Position numbers and translations under genes: made by a program | Shown here: positions 39,485-51,400 of the stretch, piece by piece | Layout of the letters: every line of letters starts with the position of its first letter | Numbering within the stretch: position 1 is the stretch's first letter | Notes under the pieces: generated by a model | What the model was told of the DNA's origin: nothing | The model's input: the letters and a program-made list of their open reading frames with translations, nothing else | The model's database searches: none | Assembly (NCBI GenBank): GCA_036172245.1 | Contig: JAYWIR010000037.1 | Span: forward strand, 1,984,001 to 2,048,000 | Direction: 5' to 3' | Length of the DNA stretch: 64,000 bases | Source: Raillietiella orientalis | Taxonomy: Eukaryota

Positions 39485-42400
39485 ATTACCTTCATAACAG
39501 CTCGATCGTCTGTGCTTCTGTGTCTGCGTTGCTAGGTTTCCTTCCTCAGATCACTTGCACTCCGCAGGAGATTTCGCTTAGAGATTTTTGCGAAACGCAA
39601 CTCCTCCATCGTGACCTTTCCTCTTTGAATGCACTCAGCATTTCCTGAAGTATTTTTGAAGGCAGTCAAAGACCACCTTGTTGAGAAGACCTTTAAGTAT
39701 GATTTCGCACAGTTATGTGCATCTTCTAGAATCTGAAGGCGTTTCTTGTGAAGCCAGATGCAAAACAGCATGCCATGATCCACTGGACGCAAAACCAACG
39801 CCTTGTCATAGCAACCACTAAAAGACAGTCCCTGCACAAGGGAGAAGTTCCAGAAGCACTGGAACCTATAATCAGTATTTCCAACCTACGGTGGCATCAC
39901 TTTATGGTTGCCAACGATTTCTGGGAAGGCGTGGTCGCATCCCGGAGCAACTCGGAGAACAAGGAAGCTTTTGTTCCTTTCTCCTTGAAAAACTCATCCA
40001 TACGGGAGCAGCAACCATCGGAACAAGCAACATTCCCAAACCATCGGAAACAGAGCAGTGGCATGATGAGGGCAGAATGGATGTTCTGATTTGTTCGAAT
40101 CAACGAAGGAGCGCATTCGTTGCTTTGCGGAATCCGAATGTTTGTCGATCACAAAGGATGTAATTTCCGTGTGCGGTGATTTTCAGCTCAGCCTTCTGGA
40201 AACTTCGTAAGATATTCGTTGGAATTCGCCCACTGGGTCCCCTTAGCTCTGAGATCACAGGATGAGGAATGCCAACAGATATTTCGCTTTCCTTTTCCCT
40301 CTCTCTCTCTTCGGAAGAAAAGATTCTTCCGAAATCCTTTATCTCGTGATTCTCCAGAACATTCCAGGTGCGTGCTTTTCGTCTCCGCGCCAGTCAGGAA
40401 ACCAAACCAAGTCATTACGTTTTTTTTGCATGCTGAGGTCCTCGAAATGCAAAAGAGTCTCCCTGATGCCATCAAGGGAGAGCATCTTCGGGGGGATTTA
40501 TCGCAAGAGCTCGACCTTCCAGATCGAACTCCAATGCGCCTTTGTTCTTGCCTTTTTGCTTTCCTTTATTTCCTCCCCTTCGGTTTCTAAATTCTTCTGG
40601 GGCTTCCGAATCACCAGGATTATGACATCACAGTACCCATCACAGCCATAAAGTGGCTTAAAGTCTGCTTATCAACTGGCTTCCGTACATGCATTTGTAC
40701 ATCCATGCCACCTAGCAGTAAAACAGCCGAGTATCGGACCTGCTCGTTGCCTCATCGATTGCGGAAGATCTCTCCTTTGTTCAAAGGAATCCACACGCAG
40801 ATCCGTGAGTGTCTTCAGCGGGAGAGCAGAGCAAAGCCCAGCTCTGGAACGGATTCCGAGCAGCCAAACGTGCGTTAGCTCATGGACCTTCACAGAAGTT
40901 CTTCGAAGGATAGGGAGGGAAGAGGGATTCCCTCCCCCTCTCGTCGCAAGGGCGGATCCGGGCTGAATCAGCCGTTTCCGAGAGTCAGGTTTCTTCCGAA
41001 TTGAACTCTCGGAACAGCGGTGCTGCTGCAGCGGACTCGTTCCCGACGACTGCGTCACGGGAGCGGAGTGGGAGCGCCTGCAACGCTCCCCATCCTCACC
41101 CTCGTTCTGACCTCCGCCCCACAGTTCGCTTGCTCGCTTCCCCCGTCGTTTCCGACTGGTGCCGCTGCTGCCGAATCCGGAGGCACTCCCGCGAGTTCCT
41201 CTCAGGAATCGATCCCCATATCTTCTCTTCCTCCACCACTCCTCCATCTCGCTCATAGGGCTAGAGGCAATGTCCTCTCCGTCTGATAAAGACTTGCAGT
41301 TAGTTGTAATCTTGCGAGTCTGCCCATTCATGCTTTGTTCTGTTTCCCAGGAAGAGCCCTACGTAATGGTCAGGAAAGGCAGTGCGGCGAGAGGAAATGC
41401 ACAGTTTTACGGATTCTGTATCGATCTATTGGAGCAGATTGCCTTAACAGTGGGATTCAATTACGTGATAAAACTCGCCACCGACGGCAAGTATGGCGTC
41501 TTGGATCCGGAAACTGGGCAGTGGAATGGAGTCATCAGGGAACTCTTGGACAAAGCAAGTAGAGCTTTCGTTCTTTAGGAAAGCGGAAAGACAGCCGAAG
41601 ACGTTCGAGTGGGAAGTAACTTTCGCATGGCTGCCCGAAACAGCACTGAATGTGATTGGATGGCTGCTTCCGGCAAAGCGTAGTAGGGACCGCTTGACGG
41701 GCCGATGCCGTCTCTCGCTCCGAGTCAGCAGTCTCGCTAGTAGCGCGCATCCCGAACGTAGAGCTACATCCGGTCGCATAGGACTTTGGAGTTTTCTCCC
41801 TTTTCTCTTTGAATCAGGAATCCTATCGAACCCTTCGAGCGGCAAAGAGCAGCTCGCCATCACTCAGTCACGCGTCGTGATCTCGCTGCACCAGCTCCCA
41901 GCTAACCGCCTACGAATCCATCCTCCCATCTCATCAGATGCCATTATTAATCAATGGATTCTCTTCGGAAGAGACGCTGTTTGCCAAGCTGCTGGAGAGT
42001 TTCTGTTTGCCGAGCTCACGAAGGGTTCTCCGAAGCTCGATAAACGAACAGTGCCCGTTAACTCAAGAAACCATGCACCTGAAAGCTGGGGATTCTGAAA
42101 GCAAGGAGATTGCCTTTCGAGGAGGCGCACACACCCCCGGACCCGTTGGATCCCGCGGCATGTTCCATAAGGGAACTCAAAGCGGTGTCCTGGACTGGAA
42201 GTGGAAACAATAAGGGTTAAGCTCTCGCGACGGAAAAGGGAAAAAAAAAAGCCAGGGCTCTTTCTTCCTGTGAGGCGTGCGGTCAGAGCGGTGCTTCACG
42301 GGAAGGGGGCAAGGAATCCGAGACCTCTGCGTGGAAAACGGTGCAGACTGGCCAGTGCTGTGGCTGAATCCCGACTTGAAAGGAAAGGGAAATCGCGGAA

Positions 42401-45400
42401 GTTAACCGTTAGGGAAATTGAGATCCACTCCGGAAGAACGAGAGTTCTCCAGAAAGCTGGCTGGAAGGAACACAGGAAAAAAAAAAAAACATTTTCGTTT
42501 TCCTTTCCGGATTTCACTCACGGTGTACAGGAAACGGATGTGGACTCGAGAGAGAAACTGTTCCGAGGTACCTTCGTACCTGGGCGGAGTCACATGAAAC
42601 ACCTCACGGTGATAGAACTTTCGCTGTACAGCTGGACATGAAAAACTATCAGTTATTTTATTTTTTGTAGCGAATTGGACGTTTTTACTTCAATGCAAGC
42701 TCCCCTAGTTCATCACATCTCAATGACATTAATATAAAGTATGATATTTATAATGACATTTTTGAGAGATGCTCTGGTATACCATGAATGTCCAGATAAT
42801 GATTGTACTATGGGATGCTCTATAATATAGTAAGGAGTTATCGATATGTATTTTATAATATAAAAATTTTCCATTAGTTGATCATTAGCAAATAATGGTC
42901 ATACAGTGCTCATTATAAATATTGTATTTTATGTCACGAAAATATTTTACCAATTACCGATCAACTGATGGAAAACTTTTCATAGTATAAAACAAAATAT
43001 ACATTCATAACCATTTTCGGTGGAATTAAATTGAATATTTATACAATTTAGAATATGCAAGTTAAGCGTTGCAGATCTTTAGGGGTGATTGCAGAAACCG
43101 ACCACAGGTTTTCTGACAAAATCTAGAACGAGCACGCTGGTTTTCATAGGTGTTTTTTTACCGCCCATTCTCGACACGACCAGAATCAATCGTTGATAAC
43201 GACTTCTCCTCGTTTCCATGGAACACGTTTTTCTCTCTTGTTGAAGCGAGCCTCGCACCCAAAGATTCTCAGAACTGGACTTCTAACGGAGCTTCCCGAG
43301 TTTGCTTGAACAGCAGCAATCACCCCTGTGGAGGATAAAGAGAAAGAACGAATACGTGGAACTGAAAATTGTTGCCATGGATAGCTTTACGGATGCGATC
43401 CATGATTTCGATTCCTTCCATGACGATCAGGAAAGTACTGAAGCTGCTCCCCAGGAACAAAGGGAGCACTCGACATTTTGATATGTTCCTCGGAAGAATT
43501 TGCTTGAGAATAGTGGAGACTCATGAAACCATTAGAAAGACAAGAAACGAGAAACCTGTCACACAATAGGGATATCATTCAGGCAAGGGGATATCCTTAA
43601 GGATATTATTCCAGGAGGGATACCCTTAGGTGGAGCGATAAGGATATCCTTCAAGATGTCATTCGGGCAGAACCCGGATTCTCTTGTTAACCACTGCACA
43701 CCCCCAGCGGGAAAAAATTCCCGTTCCTATGGAACGGTTCTGGGAGCAAAGAAATGCCATGGCCTTCCTCTCGAATGGCGAGCTGACTGAGTGGGACCAA
43801 CACCGTATCGGAGATTGAGCACCATGTGCATCCTTGTCAAGCAGCGAGACGGCGATTTGTGTCCGAATATCTCCTTTCAGTGGTCTGCTGGTCCAATTTT
43901 TTCTCCCCATGGCACCCCATGGACTTTCCTTCCGTTGCACAGAGGACTTCCGGTTGCTCTTCTCAGTGCTACCAGTCAGCTTGAAACGAACATGTCTTTC
44001 AGATTCCACATCTCGGAAGAACCAGTGATTTCATCTCAGAGCATTACAGATAGAAAACGTACATTCAACTAACGTTTCTTAGATTGATTGCACTGTCTCT
44101 CTTCCTTCCTTGAGAGTACGCTGATCCAAGCCACTGATTTCCAACCAGGAATCAGACAAGAAAAAAAAAAAGAAAAAAGAGGATTCGACAGAGGAAAAAG
44201 CAAAATCCGGTTATTCTGGTTGGAATTTTTCACAATCCTTTGAATTTCCATAATTCCTATTGAAGCTTTCTGGATGATTTCTCTCAAAATTTCATCTGCA
44301 TCACTGTCTGCTAACCCTATGTAGAGGATCTCAAGTAAAAAGACCATGTGAAAAGGCAAGAGATGCGTGTGCCGAAATTCCAGAGTGGTCCACATCGAGA
44401 TTTACGAAGGTAGCCTTGGCAAAACTCTCCCTAGGTTCCAATGATTTCGCATTGCCTACTTGGTTTCGTGGGAAAACCACAAGAGAAGAATCAGAACCGT
44501 GACCGACTTTACACTCCATCCATGGCCTCTTCGTGTCCATAGTGATTGTAAACACCTTCATGCGCTTCAAGTGAACGTAAGCAAATTGCTGATCTCACTG
44601 AAATGTGTCTGACCAAAGCACGTCTCGCGGGAAAGTGGAGACACGAACTTGGAAAGGCGAAACCAGTTCGATTTTGCAACGCAGTAGGCGAAGCCTTGTG
44701 AAGGTCACCTCCACAGAAATCTCCACCACAGCACTGAGCCACCACAAGATGTGGCAAATACTATCTACTATTAGTGTATGCCTTATCTTCATCATTTAGA
44801 AGCACTGAATACTACTTTTACCTGCACCCTTGATGGTTAACTCCCTTGCAGACTTGGGAGTGAGAGATGATGTGATACATTAAAGATGACCCATTCGTGT
44901 CGTCTCCAATGTCGGTACGGCGGAAGGCCGCTTTCAGTTAGGAGTTCCCTGCTAGAAAGCGTCCCTGCTCCTTTCAAAGTGAAGAAAAGTGTGCTGTCTA
45001 CGTTCTTCGACGAATAGGCAGAGGCTACTGGATCTGGATGAAGTTTTAGGGCTTTAGGGAGGCTAAAATCCTCCAGCGCTGCTTCCATAACGTTGCCTCT
45101 TTTCTTAGCAGTAGGAATAAATTCCGAATGGTCGCGAAATCGGTCGCCTCTGGCTCTACGAATCGAAATTCGCGCCTCTCGGAGAGAAAACACCCGAAAC
45201 CTCTGATTGATTCGAGAGGTGATCGCTTGCGGAACTTTTCTGAAAGAGATGCAACGTGGTTGCCCCTCTGATTCGGAACTTTGATGACATCCTCTTGCAC
45301 AAATCAGATAGACCGACCAGGAGACGAGCGTCGATTACCTGGAAGCAAGCAGGAGGAAGGGAAAGTTTTCGCAGCATGGATGAAAGAAGGAGCTGAAAGA

Positions 45401-48400
45401 TGGAAAGAAACACCGCGGATATGAGATGCTTCTCGGAAGCAAAATGGCTTCTTGCAGATCAGTGAGTGCCTCGAAAGGTGAAAACAGCACCTAGGAGAGA
45501 AGGCGACATTCGAATGAGGATCGAGGAAGAATCCCCGGTTTTCATTCGATCCGCCTTATGAGGAAGAGGGACCGGCCGGGAGTCTCCCTTAGACCTTGCT
45601 AAAGATCGAACCCTCCTTCCGTCCGGTTGCCTCAAACTGCGGTGTGTGTTCCTCTACTATGTGTGCTTCAGCCGGGGGCTAAGTTGGGCTCCGAATCCAG
45701 CAGCTCCACCCTTCACTCCCAGCTTCTACCATTTGCACCTCTGCCATGTTTTTTTTTCCCCCCTCTTCTTCCTGCATTGTAGAAGGCGGACTTGGCGATG
45801 GCTGCGATAACCATAAACTACGCCAGAGAAACGGTGGTCGACTTCACCAAGCCATTTATGAACCTGGGAATCAGCATCCTCTACAAGGTAATGGGGAGAC
45901 TGGCTACAAACTCCGTCTTCAGGAAAACGCAACCCTCGAACGGAGAGTCTGGTTTCCCTCCTTCTCACATCCTCAGCCCCCTTGCCACCCTTCCTCTAGA
46001 TTGTGTCATTGCGGCGGGATTCCCAAAGTCCCCACGGGATCCACTTGTTCTCGATTTTTTTTTGTCACTGGACCATCCGTTCCTCACGAGTGCGGCCTGT
46101 GCCCTTCGTAAGGCGTTCCTTTCAACTGGATCTTTTTCCGTTACCCAGAAACACACCCTCTCGATCTCCCACCCTGTCGACGAGACTTTCAAGCGAAGAG
46201 AAGGAAAGAGACGTGAGAGCACCAGTGATCGCAGGCGCTTCACTCCGATTTCCCATCCGTCGGGGTTGCTGCCTGCTCCCCCACGCCTCTTGCTGGCGAG
46301 CTCGCCCACGAGGGACTCGTTGGACTTGAGTCACGTGAACAGAAACGAGAAGGGATGGGGAGTCAAGAGTTTCCTGGAGATGCAGGAAACTACGCCGATC
46401 GTATGGAGGAAGTCGCGCCTGCTGCGTCCTAGAGTCCGAAGCTTGGAGGCGGTATCGAAGGTCGCTTGCAAGATCCGGTAGCAACTCCTCTTCCTCCCCC
46501 TTCCTCCCCTGCTACTTGTGGCACGCATGAGAAATGCGTCTTCTTCGAAAAGTCTCAATGTGGATCTCGCCGGAAGAGTAGCTCTCGACTTCGAGGAACT
46601 CCAAGCACATGTTCCACAAATCTGGAGATGTCCAGGAAGAATTCGTTCCACTCCCCTGCTCCCTTTTCTCTTCTCCTAGAGAGGAAAGCAGGCCTGGAAG
46701 AAGGGGTTTCGTAGTACTCTGCCAGCGCGGATGGGAGAGAACCCTGATCGAAGAGTCTGGTATATTTTTCTCTCCCATTGCTTTTCCTCATTTGGGAGAC
46801 GAGGAAACCATCCCGCATGAGGTGTCCAGTTGACAGCCGTTTCTATCCGGAGCAATGCCGTGTTCCCGAAGGGAAGTTCCGCGCCATCTCTAGAGAACCA
46901 ACCCTTCCGCTGCCATCCTCTCTCCCTTTCCAGCCGACTGTCTGTCTGCTCTCTTCCCTTGAGACTTCCTGCGGAGATCGTAGCGCAAAAGGTTTCTCCT
47001 CTTTATGTTCCAGCTTCCGGGAAGTCAACCGACTAGACTTTTCAGCTTCTTGAACCCATTGGCAGGAGAGATTTGGTTCTACGTTCTGATAGCCTACATT
47101 ATGGTCAGTTTCGTGCTGTTTGTGATGGCCAGGTTTTCCCCCTACGAATGGAACCATCTGCACCATTCCTCTGGGAAGAGTAACGTGATAGAAAACCAGT
47201 TCACAGTGTCCAACAGTTTCTGGTTCATCACGGGGACCCTTCTGAGGCAAGGGTCAGGACTAAACCCAAAGGTAACGGGGATGTCACTTTCCCTTCCCTT
47301 TCTTCGTCCCTTGGGAACGTTTTCCTTTTATGTCGTTCCTTCGCTACGTATTTCTTGGCACACGTCCCTTCCTCGAGCACGGAAGTCAGTCTTCCTCGTT
47401 CCCAGGCTGCTTCCACGCGCATCGTGGGAGCCATCTGGTGGTTCTTCACCCTCATCATCATCTCTTCCTACACCGCCAACCTTGCTGCGTTCCTCACCGT
47501 TGAAAGAACGATTACGCCCGTGGAGAATGCTGAAGACCTGGCTGACCAAGAAGAAATCGAGTACGGAACCCTTGACGGTGGCTCCTCCATGGCGTTCTTC
47601 CGAGTGAGTGGCGGTTGTGCTGCGGTAGGGGTGAATGGTCGTGGAATTATGGTACGTTCGTGATCTCTTAAAAAGCCGGAACCGGGAACGGACAAACGGA
47701 GGGGAAAGAGGTACTTAGCCGCTCTTCAGCAACACCTTTACAGGCAGACGGGGAATCGATCCTCGATCCCCGGAAAACCTTAGACGGCACAGGATGCTGA
47801 TGGACCGGGAAGCGAAGCTCTCAGGCTTCCAGGCCACTCAAGAGGTGCCTTCTCCAGAGAAGAGAGAGAAGAGGAAGACGGGGCAATTTTCCCTGGAACA
47901 GTAGGGCGCCACGCTTGAGCAGTTGTGCAGGAAGATGGCACACAGGGCGTCGGACTCGCCTTCCCGAAAGCAACACTCTCTCCTTAGGTGTTCTCGAAGA
48001 CTGTTCCACCGCTACCTGGAGAAGTGTGTGCGTTATGTTGGGGCTTGAGGCATCCTTTTCCCATCATCCTCCATCCAGCCTGGTCTTTCCACGGTTCCCT
48101 TCCCTCACGTGTAATTCTTCTGGAGAGGACTGCATAACAGAAAGAGAGAATAAGCCAATCACAGGCTCGCTCCAAACCCTGCCTTGAGAGAGCAGGTGGT
48201 ACAGAACGAAACGCACCAAGATGGGAAAAAACTGGCATCTGAAGGTGCCAGTTGAAATCACCGTCAGTGGAAGAGAGACCTATTCTAGAAAGCTTCTTCC
48301 ATTTGACCCCAAGGGGCGTAATGCCACGTGGCCAAATGCAAGCAACGGTTCCCTCATGCAAGGTAGAGTCTCAATGCCAAATAGGAAGAGGACTCGGTCC

Positions 48401-51400
48401 CCAAGAAGTTTGAGTGCCTTATGCTTCCCGTACAGGATGTTTATTCCGGAGGGACGAACAGGAAACATTCTGCCCTTAAATATGTTCGGGATGGTGGAAG
48501 AACGTGCAGGATGAAGTGGCAAAGACACCGGTGAAGCGGTGAAAGAGAAACATCCAACTACTCATTCAAGTGACCACTGGGAAAGCGAGGAACAGTAAAG
48601 ACATATATCGATTTTTTGGAACACAGTCTTCTGGTAGATCTCTAGAAATCTGGTGGATGGTCCGTCTCGGATAGAATAGCAATGGCTGAGAACAATAGAA
48701 CTTCCCATCTCCCGCGATCTTCAGTGCGTATTCTGGGCCGAAAAGAGAGGCACACAGACAAATGGCGACGTTGCTCCTCGTAAGAACAAAAAAGAGACGA
48801 GATGGTGAGGAGCCCAGGAAAAAGGCAGCCAGCGTGGATTTCCTTAGGACTGTAACAAGATGTTTGAAGAGATTGTTAAAGACATCGTTGCCAGGATTCT
48901 GTGAGCATTGCCAGAACGTTTCAGAACAGTGCAGGTGACTGAATCTGAGTTTGAACGTCGTTAAGTTATCGGGATTATCTATGCCGACGTAATGATATCT
49001 GTAAAATTGGGATATCGTGTTTCAGTGACCTTCATCCGAGCGTAACACGGCAACTCTGGAGGCAGCAACCGTTTCCAGAGTCCAAACACTGGCTTATGAA
49101 ATGCTTGCATCTGTCATCACGCCATCTTCTCGTGTACTGCTGCACTGTAATCTTTTCAGAGACTCCCTCCTTTTGCGAAATCTCATAGGAAGAAAATCAA
49201 AGATCTCGTGCACAATTGTCCGTTTCCGTTATTCCTAGATGCTTGTGTGAATTTCTGGATCAATCCTGGATTCATCAAGTCACTCGATGGAATTCTGCTT
49301 GAAATTTTCTGGAGTGTCTGTCGAATGGCCAATCCGTAGATGAAACCTCAGTGAGAAGAGTGGTCCACAAAAGGCGCAATTTTGAGAAAAGAACTATATC
49401 CTTTTTTCCTTTTCCACTCTTCTCTCTTTCTTTTGATGGCCCCTTGCGTGAATCGCAGCAACATGCAGCGTATATCGGCGATGTCAATGAGCGGCTCGCG
49501 CAGCGGTCTCCTCGCGTGGTACCAAGCGTTGCGGGTTCGTATCCCCACATGGAGGATCGACGCTGAGAGATTTGTGCGTCGTGGGCTTCGAGTTTCCTCC
49601 TCATGATGACGCTGGTTGGCCAATCAACTTCGGGTGCGGCACTGGTGGGAGCTGAAAAAGCGGATGCTTCCGTTGAGTGGCCGGGATTGGAAGTTGACCC
49701 TCTGGGGTCCTTCCAGAAATCAAGGAGTCCGGTTCCTTTCGGAGTTCCCCTGAATCTCGTACCAGATTGATACCTTTCCAGAGTGCGAAGAAGTGTGCTG
49801 CTCCCTGCGGAGCTGTGCTCCTCGAGGTTCTCTTCAGATGTGAAAGAAGCAAAGAGCGGTTCTCTTACGGGCTCTTTCCGAAGAACAGTGGAGCGCCCCC
49901 CTCCATGGGATCTCTCCGGTGAAAATAAGGAAGTTCCCTTCAGAGTTCCCTCCCAATAGTGAGAGAAACGAACCCCTTTCTTCGGATCCCTTCCCGGGTA
50001 GTCCCCTTCCGGGGTAATCGTAACCTGAAGAGTTAACACGCACCCCCCAGTAGTATGGAGCAGCACTAAAGAGTTACGTGAGCCTCCAGGCACGCGACGG
50101 TTCTTCAGCACTTGGCAAACCAAAAAAGAAGAAAACCCGGAAGAAAAAAGCTGAAAGGAAAACAGCGAAAACAGAAAAGAATCCAAAAGGACCTTGGTAA
50201 CCAGCTTCTGAGTGAATGAGGAAGGCTTTTCCGAGAGTCCCTGGTCCCCATTTTTGCTGGTGACGGATCAAATATTCGACTTTATCACTGGGGAAAATAC
50301 AGAAGTGGGAACAGGAACAGGAAACTGAGAAGCCCTAGTCTGGATATCGCGCATCACGGAGCAGGGTCATTCGATGGAAAGAAACAATCTGCAGGGAGTC
50401 CTCGTCGTGGAATCTACCTCGCGACTCCCCGTGGCTGAATACAAGGGAAAAATCTCCATTCTGAATTTCGAAAGCAGCTTCCGGTCCCAGGAAGAAGGAT
50501 CCCGCTTATTCTGATTGAGATCCGGCTACTCTATACGGATGGATCAACATCTGGTTGCGCGATCAACGATTCCAAGCCAGCGGAAGATTTGAAGATTTGT
50601 CTGCAGGCAGGCTGGATGCTCGACTCGGAAGTTCAACGATGACTGGAGGTGTTGCATCCCTTTGAGACTTTCCAAGGGCAGACCTCTTTTTTTCGACGAA
50701 CGACGCATCACTTGAAACTTGTGAGATTTAATTCGGAAACGATCTGTAGTGCAATTCGGATGCTGATGGCACATTTACACTCGGTACTCGTCAGTACTAT
50801 TATCAGTACGCAGCCAAAGGATCAGGACTGGAGAGGAGTGATTCTTTTGTACAGAACTCAGAGTTACTGGAACGATTGCATCTCTGACCAGATGATCTCC
50901 GATAAGGTTTTGCTGTCACGAATTCAGAATTGCCAGCTTTTCGATGTGTCCTTTGCACGCGTGTGAAAAAAAATGCTTGGCGGTGCCACGCGGGGAGGGA
51001 ATGTGAAGCGAAGAAATGACTTACCCGACACCTGAAGAGAAGTTTCATCCCCAGTATCTCTAGCAACCGTTCGTTGATGGGTCCGGCAGTGCCACTTGGG
51101 AAGCTTGAAGCCACGCCAAGAAAACCTCTTTGGTTACGACGTATTCGGTGCCATAGAAACCGCGCAGAACGAACACGAATGATAGTTGCCTCCTCTCTTC
51201 TTCCCTGAGTTTTCCCAGCTGTCCTGCACGGAAGATCCTCAACAAGCATCTCGATCCTCTTTCCGTTTGTAGAAAGAGCTTTGGAAAATGAGCACGAATG
51301 CTGCCCATTACGTTCTTTAATAATTGCATTTTGCATTCGTAAGCGGTTCTTTCCCCCATCTGCTTGAATTTAAAAGAAAAGAAATGAAAAGATGGCCTTG

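Noticed and set aside
45888..46481. About 200 stop-free codons continuing exon 10 into the intron
   Set aside because: Strong GTAATG donor at 45888 and no homology beyond it; most likely chance read-through
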